Source of the DNA: Nitrosopumilaceae archaeon
GTDB taxonomy: Archaea > Thermoproteota > Nitrososphaeria > Nitrososphaerales > Nitrosopumilaceae
Assembly: GCA_035527875.1 (NCBI GenBank)
Contig: DATKZR010000138.1
Coordinates: 1,528-33,527 of the forward strand
Length of the DNA: 32,000 nucleotides
Reading direction: 5' to 3'
The translations under genes were made by a program, and so were the position numbers. The notes below the pieces were generated by a model, which saw nothing but the letters and a program-made list of their open reading frames with translations, was not told the DNA's origin and did no database searches. This document shows positions 15,464 through 22,231 of the stretch, piece by piece (positions within the stretch are counted from its first letter, which is position 1; each line of letters opens with the position of its first letter).

Positions 15464-16421
15464 ATTTTTCCTTCACCACATATCCTATAGCAGGTATTGC
15501 TATTAACAATACCAACATGGTCCATGGAATTGGCATGATGACATGTGCCCCCATTGTCATCTCTGGCTCTATTCCAAATAATGGCATTACTTCATTCCAT
15601 GCAAGATGAAATGGTGAACGTTCCCACCAAGGATGTCCAAAAAGTCCTAGTAAAAGAATGAATGCACCAATAGCTAACAATCCAAAACCTGTTGCTTTTT
15701 CAACTGCAACTCTTTTCTTTACCAGAGTTTGTGTTGCACTAATTCCAAGTATTGCCAATATTGCAATAAATATCAAAGGAACTGCTCGTCCAATACCGTG
15801 AATTAACCCCAGTGAACCGCCTACGACAACACTACCAGTGCCTATGATGTATGTTAACATAAAATAAAAGAATGGATTCGGGCAACCCACACCTGCATTA
15901 CCCAAAAGCAGCCCCATGAGAAGTGGTTTTAGTTTGTCGCCACGTTTTTCTATGAATTTTGGAGTACCAGCATAAGATGGCAATTTTAGATTTAGTAATT
16001 TTAATTCAGACAAACCAAATGTGAATGCTATAGATCCTGCAAAAAACCACATAACTCGTGTTGCTTGGTCTATTCCTGTATACTGTCCAAGCAATGCAAC
16101 TGCTATACCATAAGTAGTGATTGTGATGACTAGTCCTATTCCAAAAAGAACCGCTATACCTAATCCCTTTTTGTATCCTTTTCCCATGCATAGTGGAACT
16201 ATAATGAATACCATGGGCAAGGTACATGGTAGAATTATCATTGAAAGACCTGCAGCATATGCTATTAGCAACCATGAAGCATATGGCGTAGATCCTACTT
16301 CTTCTTCAACAAGTTCGACTGTAGAAAGATAAAGTATTCCGATAATAAATGCAGAAAGCAGAGCAAACAGTAACAGTATCAAAACATTTTTTCCTTTGCT
16401 AGTTGCTACGTCTTGAGTCAT
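15453..16421 (-). CDS. CcdA/DsbD-family transmembrane thiol:disulfide electron transporter-like protein
   Basis: 322 aa, polytopic. Two intramembrane Cys-Pro motifs are present: LPCTLPMV and GVGCPNPFF. It overlaps the downstream cupredoxin gene by 11 nt. Confidence 0.7.
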   Translation of the reverse strand: MTQDVATSKGKNVLILLLFALLSAFIIGILYLSTVELVEEEVGSTPYASWLLIAYAAGLSMIILPCTLPMVFIIVPLCMGKGYKKGLGIAVLFGIGLVITITTYGIAVALLGQYTGIDQATRVMWFFAGSIAFTFGLSELKLLNLKLPSYAGTPKFIEKRGDKLKPLLMGLLLGNAGVGCPNPFFYFMLTYIIGTGSVVVGGSLGLIHGIGRAVPLIFIAILAILGISATQTLVKKRVAVEKATGFGLLAIGAFILLLGLFGHPWWERSPFHLAWNEVMPLFGIEPEMTMGAHVIMPIPWTMLVLLIAIPAIGYVVKEKYGK

Positions 16422-16444
16422 ACTCTATCTCAATGTATTTTTGA

Positions 16445-16473
16445 ATTTACTCAATACTTACATTGGAGTAAAT
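16445..16473. promoter_or_regulatory. 8-bp inverted repeat over the core promoter of the minus-strand redox operon
   Basis: ATTTACTC-13 nt-GAGTAAAT lies 24-52 nt upstream of the CcdA-like ATG (16421). It overlaps the only A/T box suitably spaced to act as a TATA. Confidence 0.3.
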
Positions 16474-16493
16474 GTGGTTTATTAGTTGGTTGT

Positions 16494-16515
16494 ATTATCA
16501 TACGTGATTATCATA
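16494..16515. promoter_or_regulatory. direct repeat ATTATCATA x2 in the divergent promoter region
   Basis: ATTATCATA occurs at 16494-16502 and again at 16507-16515 (13-nt period). This is just upstream of TATAAAA (16535-16541), which sits 23-29 nt before the Met-rich gene ATG. Confidence 0.25.
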
Positions 16516-16563
16516 AAGAGAATTATTCCATTGCTATAAAAGACGAAAACAAGAAAAAACAAT

Positions 16564-16827
16564 ATGGACAAAACAATTTTGGTAGCAGTATCGATTATAG
16601 TATTTTTTGTTGGATTTGGAGTAGGTTCTGTAGTGTTTTACAATCAACCAAATATGCCCATCTTAGGTCATGGAATGACAGGTCCTATGTATAGCCCAGA
16701 AATCATGAATCAGATGATGGACGATCCACAGTTACAAGAACAAATGATAGATACTATGATGAAAAACCCGCAATTTATGAACAATCTAATGCAACACCAA
16801 GACTTTATGAAGCGGATAAATCCATAA
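16564..16827 (+). CDS. Met-rich exported/anchored small protein, putative Cu(I)-binding
   Basis: 87 aa with an N-terminal TM/signal anchor (ILVAVSIIVFFVGFGVGSVVF). The tail contains 12 Met by my count, in repeated M-x2-3-M and NPQ(F/L)M-like units: GHGMTGPMYSPEIMNQMMDDPQLQEQMIDTMMKNPQFMNNLMQHQDFM. Confidence 0.6.
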   Translation: MDKTILVAVSIIVFFVGFGVGSVVFYNQPNMPILGHGMTGPMYSPEIMNQMMDDPQLQEQMIDTMMKNPQFMNNLMQHQDFMKRINP

Positions 16828-16839
16828 ACGGATACTAAA

Positions 16840-17226
16840 TTGACCTTTAATTATACTGTAAAAACCCAAAAAAACATAGATAAAGTAATTGAGGAAATTA
16901 CATCAAAACTTTCAGAAATAAAATTTGGTGTTCTTGGAACCTTGGATTTCAAGGAAATTTTTGCAAAAAAAGGAATTGATTATCCACATGAATACAAATT
17001 ATTAGAAGTTTGTAACCCACAAGCCGCAAAACAGGCACTTGATTCTGATCCAAACATTGGATTATTACTTCCATGTACAATTGCAGTGTATGAAAAAGAT
17101 GATCAAAATTTTATCAGCTTGGCAAAACCTACAACGTTACTTGCTGTTGCATCAAACACAGCGTTAGAATCTATGGGAAAAGAAATTGAAGCAAAACTAA
17201 TTGAAGTAATTGATAATTCAAAATAA
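16840..17226 (+). CDS. DUF302 domain protein
   Basis: 128 aa with a TTG start. LEVCNPQAAKQALDSDPNIGLLLPCTIAVYEKDD is the characteristic DUF302 core. Confidence 0.85.
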   Translation: MTFNYTVKTQKNIDKVIEEITSKLSEIKFGVLGTLDFKEIFAKKGIDYPHEYKLLEVCNPQAAKQALDSDPNIGLLLPCTIAVYEKDDQNFISLAKPTTLLAVASNTALESMGKEIEAKLIEVIDNSK

Positions 17227-17488
17227 GATAATTTCATGTCTAACTACGTCCATTTCTATCCCCAAAATGGTAGGTGAATCCCCATGGAGTTGAATCTAAA
17301 TTTAAAAATAAAATGTATCGAAACTTATCAGATTCTAATATTTGAAATTTTTTTTGGGAAGGATGAAAATAAAAAGTGTAACATTGTTATTGAACGTGTA
17401 ATACTCTTTAAATTCATCATTCACTAATAAAAAATACTGGAAATTGGACGCCCTTTGATATTGTATGTAGGTTTGTCACGTCCTTTTT

Positions 17489-17620
17489 CTATTCCAATAC
17501 TAGGATCGTTTTTTGATACTCTGACTCACATAATGGACAAACCATAAAGTTCTCTACAATTCTCAAGGGAACAAAAATGCTATCTTTTACACAGTTTGGG
17601 CATGATGTAAATTCACTCAT
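17489..17620 (-). CDS. tiny zinc-ribbon protein (43 aa)
   Basis: Not in the ORF track. The sequence is MSEFTSCPNCVKDSIFVPLRIVENFMVCPLCESEYQKTILVLE (CxxC-x17-CxxC). It lies 40 nt downstream of the TFB-like gene on the same strand. Confidence 0.4.
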   Translation of the reverse strand: MSEFTSCPNCVKDSIFVPLRIVENFMVCPLCESEYQKTILVLE

Positions 17621-17659
17621 AAATTAGCAATAAAATCATATTATTTAGCAACATGTCAG

Positions 17660-18064
17660 TTAGAGTCTCTTCAGACTAGCCTCAATTTCCTCAAAAACCA
17701 TCTCGTAGCATTTTCTAAGATCCTCCTCCTTTATGTGAGACACTTTTGCTATCTCTTTGAGGGTTTTTGGTTGCTCGGCAGTACGGCAAACAGTAAAGAT
17801 ACAAATCGCGACTATCAGATAAGGGGATTCGTATTTGAACGGATTTTTATCTACAAGATTTTCATGTAGTCGTTGTGCAAAATCTATTGTATCTTGATTT
17901 AATTTTAGTTCCTTCTGAAATTCCGTGTAAATACTAGTGATTTTTCCACCCATTACTATTCTGATTAACAAAGAATAGATTGTATACTGTATGTTGTTCA
18001 AACCAAATCTCTGACTCATTAAATGCAAAATCTTCCACGATAACTTCTGGGTGAATTTGGGCAA
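17660..18064 (-). CDS. TFB(TFIIB)-like cyclin-fold protein lacking the N-terminal zinc ribbon and B-reader
   Basis: 134 aa. The C-terminal 75 aa (LNQDTIDFAQRLHENLVDKN...ESPYLIVAICIFTVCRTAEQPKTLKEIAKVSHIKEEDLRKCYEMVFEEI) follow the TFIIB cyclin-repeat pattern (A..l......sP..laaA.iY.a.r.....T..eia.v..v....i.r.Y). There is no Cys-rich N-terminus. The start is TTG at 18064 or ATG 15 codons in. Confidence 0.5.
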   Translation of the reverse strand: MPKFTQKLSWKILHLMSQRFGLNNIQYTIYSLLIRIVMGGKITSIYTEFQKELKLNQDTIDFAQRLHENLVDKNPFKYESPYLIVAICIFTVCRTAEQPKTLKEIAKVSHIKEEDLRKCYEMVFEEIEASLKRL

Positions 18065-18123
18065 GGCTCTTTTATTGGCTATATAGTTTTGTCATGCCTA
18101 ATTCTTTCCATATTATACGATTT

Positions 18124-18140
18124 TTGTTCAATCTGAACAA
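18124..18140. promoter_or_regulatory. 17-bp dyad TTGTTCA-ATC-TGAACAA upstream of the receiver gene
   Basis: This is a perfect 7-bp inverted repeat with a 3-nt spacer, 36-52 nt upstream of the ATG at 18176. It lies immediately upstream of an A/T box (GAATATTATCC, 18143-18153). Confidence 0.3.
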
Positions 18141-18175
18141 GCAGAATATTATCCAATTATGAATTGATGTAAATT

Positions 18176-18541
18176 ATGAACATTCTGCATATTGATGATT
18201 CTCAAGAAATCTGTCAATTATATTCAGACATGTTTACAAAAGATGATCATTCATTTCAGAGCGTAAACTATGGTAAAGAAGGACTAGATCTTGTTCTCAA
18301 AAATGAATATGATTTAATTCTGCTTGACATGTGTATGCCAAAATACAGTGGGATGGATTTTCTTCGTGATTTAAAAAAAAAGAGACCATCAGAGTTGAAA
18401 AAAGTAGTTGTCACAAGTGTGTTGCAATTCAATGAGACTCAGGTTAAAGAATTGAAAAAATTTGGTATCCATTCAGTTGAAGAAAAACCAAGAGACATTC
18501 AACAATTAGAGAGATTACAAAAGGACATGTGGCTTCGATGA
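18176..18541 (+). CDS. single-domain response regulator (CheY-like receiver)
   Basis: 121 aa with a complete phospho-acceptor set: DD (HIDDSQE), the phospho-Asp context LILLDMCMP, T/S (VVVTSV) and K-P (EEKP). Confidence 0.9.
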   Translation: MNILHIDDSQEICQLYSDMFTKDDHSFQSVNYGKEGLDLVLKNEYDLILLDMCMPKYSGMDFLRDLKKKRPSELKKVVVTSVLQFNETQVKELKKFGIHSVEEKPRDIQQLERLQKDMWLR

Positions 18542-18557
18542 TAAACTAGATTTAAAA

Positions 18558-18746
18558 TTATTTTTTACTCATTAACGATTTCATCAAAATTCCGTCTGGA
18601 TAGTCGATAAAATGGTCTTCCATAGCATGTTCTCTAAATTCTTTGATTATCTTTTCAGCTACATCTTCTTTGGTCATAAAACTACAATCAAAACCATAAT
18701 TTTTACAAGCAATCTTTGAAATTATTTTTTTAGAATATTGTCTCAC
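18558..18746 (-). CDS. DUF1059 small metal-binding-like protein
   Basis: 62 aa with a GTG start. IACKNYGFDCSFMTKEDVAEKIIKEFREHAMEDH follows the DUF1059 pattern (C...G.dC.f......e.e.......H....H). Confidence 0.6.
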   Translation of the reverse strand: MRQYSKKIISKIACKNYGFDCSFMTKEDVAEKIIKEFREHAMEDHFIDYPDGILMKSLMSKK

Positions 18747-18941
18747 ATCTCTTTCTTCGGGTAATTCTGATTTGTTTTCAAAAAACTTTACTTTACTTCA
18801 CCCACTATCGCCCATATATTATTGTCTTTCAAATTATTAAGTATTAATTTCTGTAATAATTAAAAAGTAACAATTTCTGAAATTCAGATTTTCTTAATTT
18901 AAAATTTTAATTCATTTTAATAGTTCCATTTTCTCTACCCT

Positions 18942-19784
18942 CTAAATTACAGCATGACATACTTCTATCCAACCACTTTTATCATTCTTGAAATATTGAT
19001 TTTCATTAGTTCTTTGTCTTTCCATTTGTTTCATATTGTAATTTGCAATAATTTTACCATTCAAATTTAAAATTTTATTTTGAATTTCTTCTTTAAAATA
19101 ATGAGTGATACTCTCTAAACCAAACTCAGAACCGATAATTTTAAAAATTTTGTTTGGAATTACTACTCTATTTTCTGATATCATTTTCTGGGGTATCAGA
19201 TATTCTAAAATAAGGTTATTTTGTTTATTGGGTGTCTGAAATTTTTCCATAATATTCCAAAACTTTTCTTCATCCATATAATATGAAAAACCCTCAGCAA
19301 CAACAAGTGTTGGTTTGGTTCTTTGAAATCCACAATTTTTCATACTGTTAAGTAATTCTTTGGAAAGTGATAAATCAAAAGTTATGTGTTTTATATGACT
19401 AGATAAAGAAGGGTCAATTTCATCAATTATGTGCTTCTTAAATTCCATGTTTGCATTATCTACTTCAAAAATTCTTACAGAGTTAAAATGTGACCATATT
19501 TCAAGGGATAAAGAATCCAACCCCGCACCAAGTAATACAACTTGTTGGATATCATTGTTGGAAAGAACATTATTTACAATATTTAGGATACAGTTTTTTC
19601 TATTCTTAATTACTTGATCATAGTGAGCCCATACCAGATTGCATTTTGCAGCAAGCTTTCTTCCTGACTTTAGGTCGATTAATTTTCTATAATTTTGAGA
19701 TAACTTACTTTTATGAATTTCAGCCCCTCCCCATAAAAGCACCAAGGCAGAAGTGGAAGCTAGGGTTTCATTATCAGAACTCAT
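18942..19784 (-). CDS. SAM-dependent methyltransferase, leucine carboxyl methyltransferase (LCM/TIGR00027-like) family
   Basis: 280 aa. QQVVLLGAGLDSLSLE is the LCM-type motif I context, and there is a downstream acidic loop (FEVDNANM). Confidence 0.75.
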   Translation of the reverse strand: MSSDNETLASTSALVLLWGGAEIHKSKLSQNYRKLIDLKSGRKLAAKCNLVWAHYDQVIKNRKNCILNIVNNVLSNNDIQQVVLLGAGLDSLSLEIWSHFNSVRIFEVDNANMEFKKHIIDEIDPSLSSHIKHITFDLSLSKELLNSMKNCGFQRTKPTLVVAEGFSYYMDEEKFWNIMEKFQTPNKQNNLILEYLIPQKMISENRVVIPNKIFKIIGSEFGLESITHYFKEEIQNKILNLNGKIIANYNMKQMERQRTNENQYFKNDKSGWIEVCHAVI

Positions 19785-19975
19785 ATTTGTTATGAATTAT
19801 TTAGAGATAAAAAAATTCCATTTCCATCGTTATTTTTCAATTCTCATCATTCCCAAAAAATAATTTCAAATTAACTGGATTCTAACAAGCAAAGTAAATA
19901 TTCTAGGCGTTAAAAGAGTGTAAAAAAACCATTCACATAGGTAAACAATGCACTAGTTGAACATTAATAAAGTAA

Positions 19976-19996
19976 CATACCGTACCATACGGTATG
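19976..19996. promoter_or_regulatory. 21-bp perfect palindrome covering the start codon of the wHTH gene (probable autoregulatory operator or start-codon hairpin)
   Basis: CATACCGTA-CCA-TACGGTATG has 9-bp arms, and the last three nt are the ATG at 19994-19996. A TATA-like TTAATAAA at 19964-19971 lies 23-30 nt upstream of that ATG. Confidence 0.4.
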
Positions 19997-20341
19997 ATAC
20001 GCGCAAGATTAACATATCTGCCAATAGAGGTAGCAGATCAATTTGAGGATTTTATTATCAAAAGAGACGAGCAAGTACTAGATGCAGTAAAAGCAAGAAC
20101 GAAGGATTACAGTACATTATCACTTCTGAAATTATTGTATCAACTCAAAGGAAACTCTATGACATTTTCAGAACTATACTCAAAGTCAAAGATTAGAATG
20201 AAAAGATCATTTCTAAACTATTTGCACTTGTGTGTGGATTATAACTTTATTCAAAAGAAACCTGTTGGATCAAATGTCATTTATTCCATAACAGACAAAG
20301 GAAGAGTAATGTTGAATCTGTTTATTCATAAAAGTAATTAG
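19994..20341 (+). CDS. winged-helix DNA-binding protein (putative transcription regulator)
   Basis: 115 aa. LSLLKLLYQLKGNSMTFSELYSKSKIRMKRSFLNYLHLCVDYNFIQKKPVGSNVIYSITDKGRVML has a helix-turn-helix plus beta-wing layout like ArsR/MarR/PadR-type wHTH proteins. Confidence 0.55.
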   Translation: MIRARLTYLPIEVADQFEDFIIKRDEQVLDAVKARTKDYSTLSLLKLLYQLKGNSMTFSELYSKSKIRMKRSFLNYLHLCVDYNFIQKKPVGSNVIYSITDKGRVMLNLFIHKSN

Positions 20342-20364
20342 ACGGAACAAATCGACGTAAAGAA

Positions 20365-21090
20365 GTGCAAAAGGAATTTCCAGAGGCAGAAGTATTTGAA
20401 ATAAAAAAAGTAGATCTAAAAAACCCAATCATATTTGCAGGGTTTGTTGGAGCAGGACTTGTAGGACCGCTTGCTATTAACCATATTATAGAAAAATTAG
20501 AAATGAAAGAAATTGCAGTAATGAGATCAAAGTATCTCCCACCATCAACGGTTTTTATGAGAGGAAGACTGCGTCATCCCTTTAGATTTTATGCAAACAA
20601 AGAAGGAACAATCTGCGTAATAATTTGTGAAATTACATTAAGAATGGAAGGCATATACTCCATTATTTCATCAATTTTAGATTGGGCAGCTGAAAAAGGA
20701 TCTAAAGAGATTGTAATTTTGGATGGAGTGGCAAGCAATGAACATGATGACAAAGCATATTGTGCAGCAGAAGAAGATCTAGTTAGACTAATGGCAGATG
20801 CAGACATTAACTTAATCCCCCAGGGGTTTATCACTGGAATTCCTGGTGGAATTTTAAATGAATGTCTAGTACGCGAAATTCAAGGCCTGGCGCTTCTTGC
20901 AAAGGCAAATAAAACAGACCCAGATCCTGCTGCGGCATCCACCATAATTGAGGCTATAAATCGATTTTATAACATGAAAATTGATGTAGAGGATCTAAAG
21001 AAAGAAAGAGATAGACTACATGAACAATTTACTGAATTGTCCCAAAAATATCTAGAACATAGAGAAGAGCTTTCTGGCATGTACATGTGA
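20365..21090 (+). CDS. PAC2-family proteasome assembly chaperone-like protein
   Basis: 241 aa with a GTG start. PIIFAGFVGAGLVGPLAINHII...MRSKYLPP...HPFRFY and the C-terminal coiled tail match the archaeal PAC2 (formerly DUF75) layout. Confidence 0.65.
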   Translation: MQKEFPEAEVFEIKKVDLKNPIIFAGFVGAGLVGPLAINHIIEKLEMKEIAVMRSKYLPPSTVFMRGRLRHPFRFYANKEGTICVIICEITLRMEGIYSIISSILDWAAEKGSKEIVILDGVASNEHDDKAYCAAEEDLVRLMADADINLIPQGFITGIPGGILNECLVREIQGLALLAKANKTDPDPAAASTIIEAINRFYNMKIDVEDLKKERDRLHEQFTELSQKYLEHREELSGMYM

Positions 21091-21139
21091 CCCAATCTCA
21101 GGGCAAATTCTTTTATTCAAATCAAATACGCATCACACT

Positions 21140-22162
21140 ATGACACTAACATACAAAAAAGCTGGGGTGGATATTTCTAATATTAAAAAAAGTCAAGCTG
21201 CAATAGGCAAACTAATTGAATCAACACATAAACTTCAAAAAATGGCAAAGATAACACATGGCTTTGGACATTATGCCGGAATAGTAGAAATTCCTGGTGG
21301 AAAACTTTTAGCTACTCATACTGATGGAGTAGGGACTAAAGTAATAATTGCAAATCTAATGAAAAAATACAACACCATTGGAATTGATTGTATTGCAATG
21401 AATGTAAATGATATAATATGTATTGGTGCCACACCGATTTCGTTTGTCGATTATATAGCTGCAAACAAAAATGATCAACAAATTTTTAAAAAAATAGTTG
21501 AAGGTCTTGTTACTGGTGCAAAAAAATCTGCAATGCCAATAGTTGGAGGAGAAACTGCAATAATGCCAGATGTACTTGATGGGAATGGATTTTCATTTGA
21601 TTTGGCAGGAATGGTTGTTGGGATGGTATCAAAAAAAGACTTGATACTTGGAAATAAAATAAAGACAGGAGATGTAATTATAGGTGCAAAAAGTAGCGGT
21701 ATTCATTCTAATGGGTATTCACTAGCAAGAAAAGCCCTTTTGACCAAATATACAGTCAAAGACAAAATCAAAGGAGTAGGAGTTTTAGGAAATGCTCTAC
21801 TGAGACCTACTGAAATTTACGTCAAACCTGTATTAGAGATGATTCAGAAATGCAAATTAAATGGATTGGCCCATATTACTGGAGGATCCTTTACCAAATT
21901 ACTCAGACTCAAAAAAATTGGATATGAAATTTATTCCTTGCCTAAATTACCTCCAATTATGAGTCTAATTGAAGAGCAAGGAGTAAAATCCGAAGAAATG
22001 TACAAGACATTCAATATGGGAGTTGGATTTTGTGTAATTGCTCCAGAGAATCAAGCAAATCAAATAAAATCAATTTTCAAAAAACACAAGATATCAAGTC
22101 AAGAAATTGGTAAGATCACATCAAAAAAAGGAGTGACAGTAAACTCTATTAAAATCGCATAG
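21140..22162 (+). CDS. purM: phosphoribosylformylglycinamidine cyclo-ligase (AIR synthetase)
   Basis: 340 aa with YKKAGVDI, THTDGVGTKV, AMNVNDI, GGETA and SSGIHSNGYSLARK. Confidence 0.95.
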   Translation: MTLTYKKAGVDISNIKKSQAAIGKLIESTHKLQKMAKITHGFGHYAGIVEIPGGKLLATHTDGVGTKVIIANLMKKYNTIGIDCIAMNVNDIICIGATPISFVDYIAANKNDQQIFKKIVEGLVTGAKKSAMPIVGGETAIMPDVLDGNGFSFDLAGMVVGMVSKKDLILGNKIKTGDVIIGAKSSGIHSNGYSLARKALLTKYTVKDKIKGVGVLGNALLRPTEIYVKPVLEMIQKCKLNGLAHITGGSFTKLLRLKKIGYEIYSLPKLPPIMSLIEEQGVKSEEMYKTFNMGVGFCVIAPENQANQIKSIFKKHKISSQEIGKITSKKGVTVNSIKIA

Positions 22163-22231
22163 TTATTCAACTTCCAAATAAATTTAATCCATAATTGCCT
22201 TATATGGACCCAATTATTCATATGTAAAGTA

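Noticed and set aside
14699-16694. ORFs 14699-14920 (+), 16006-16275 (-), 16117-16332 (+), 16413-16694 (+)
   Set aside because: They overlap the cupredoxin, CcdA-like or Met-rich genes in other frames or strands. 16413-16694 also runs through the promoter spacer.
17284-17427. 47-aa plus-strand ORF MELNLNLKIKCIETYQILIFEIFFGKDENKKCNIVIERVILFKFIIH
   Set aside because: It has AT-rich low-complexity composition, no recognisable motif or promoter spacing, and looks like a random ORF in a spacer.
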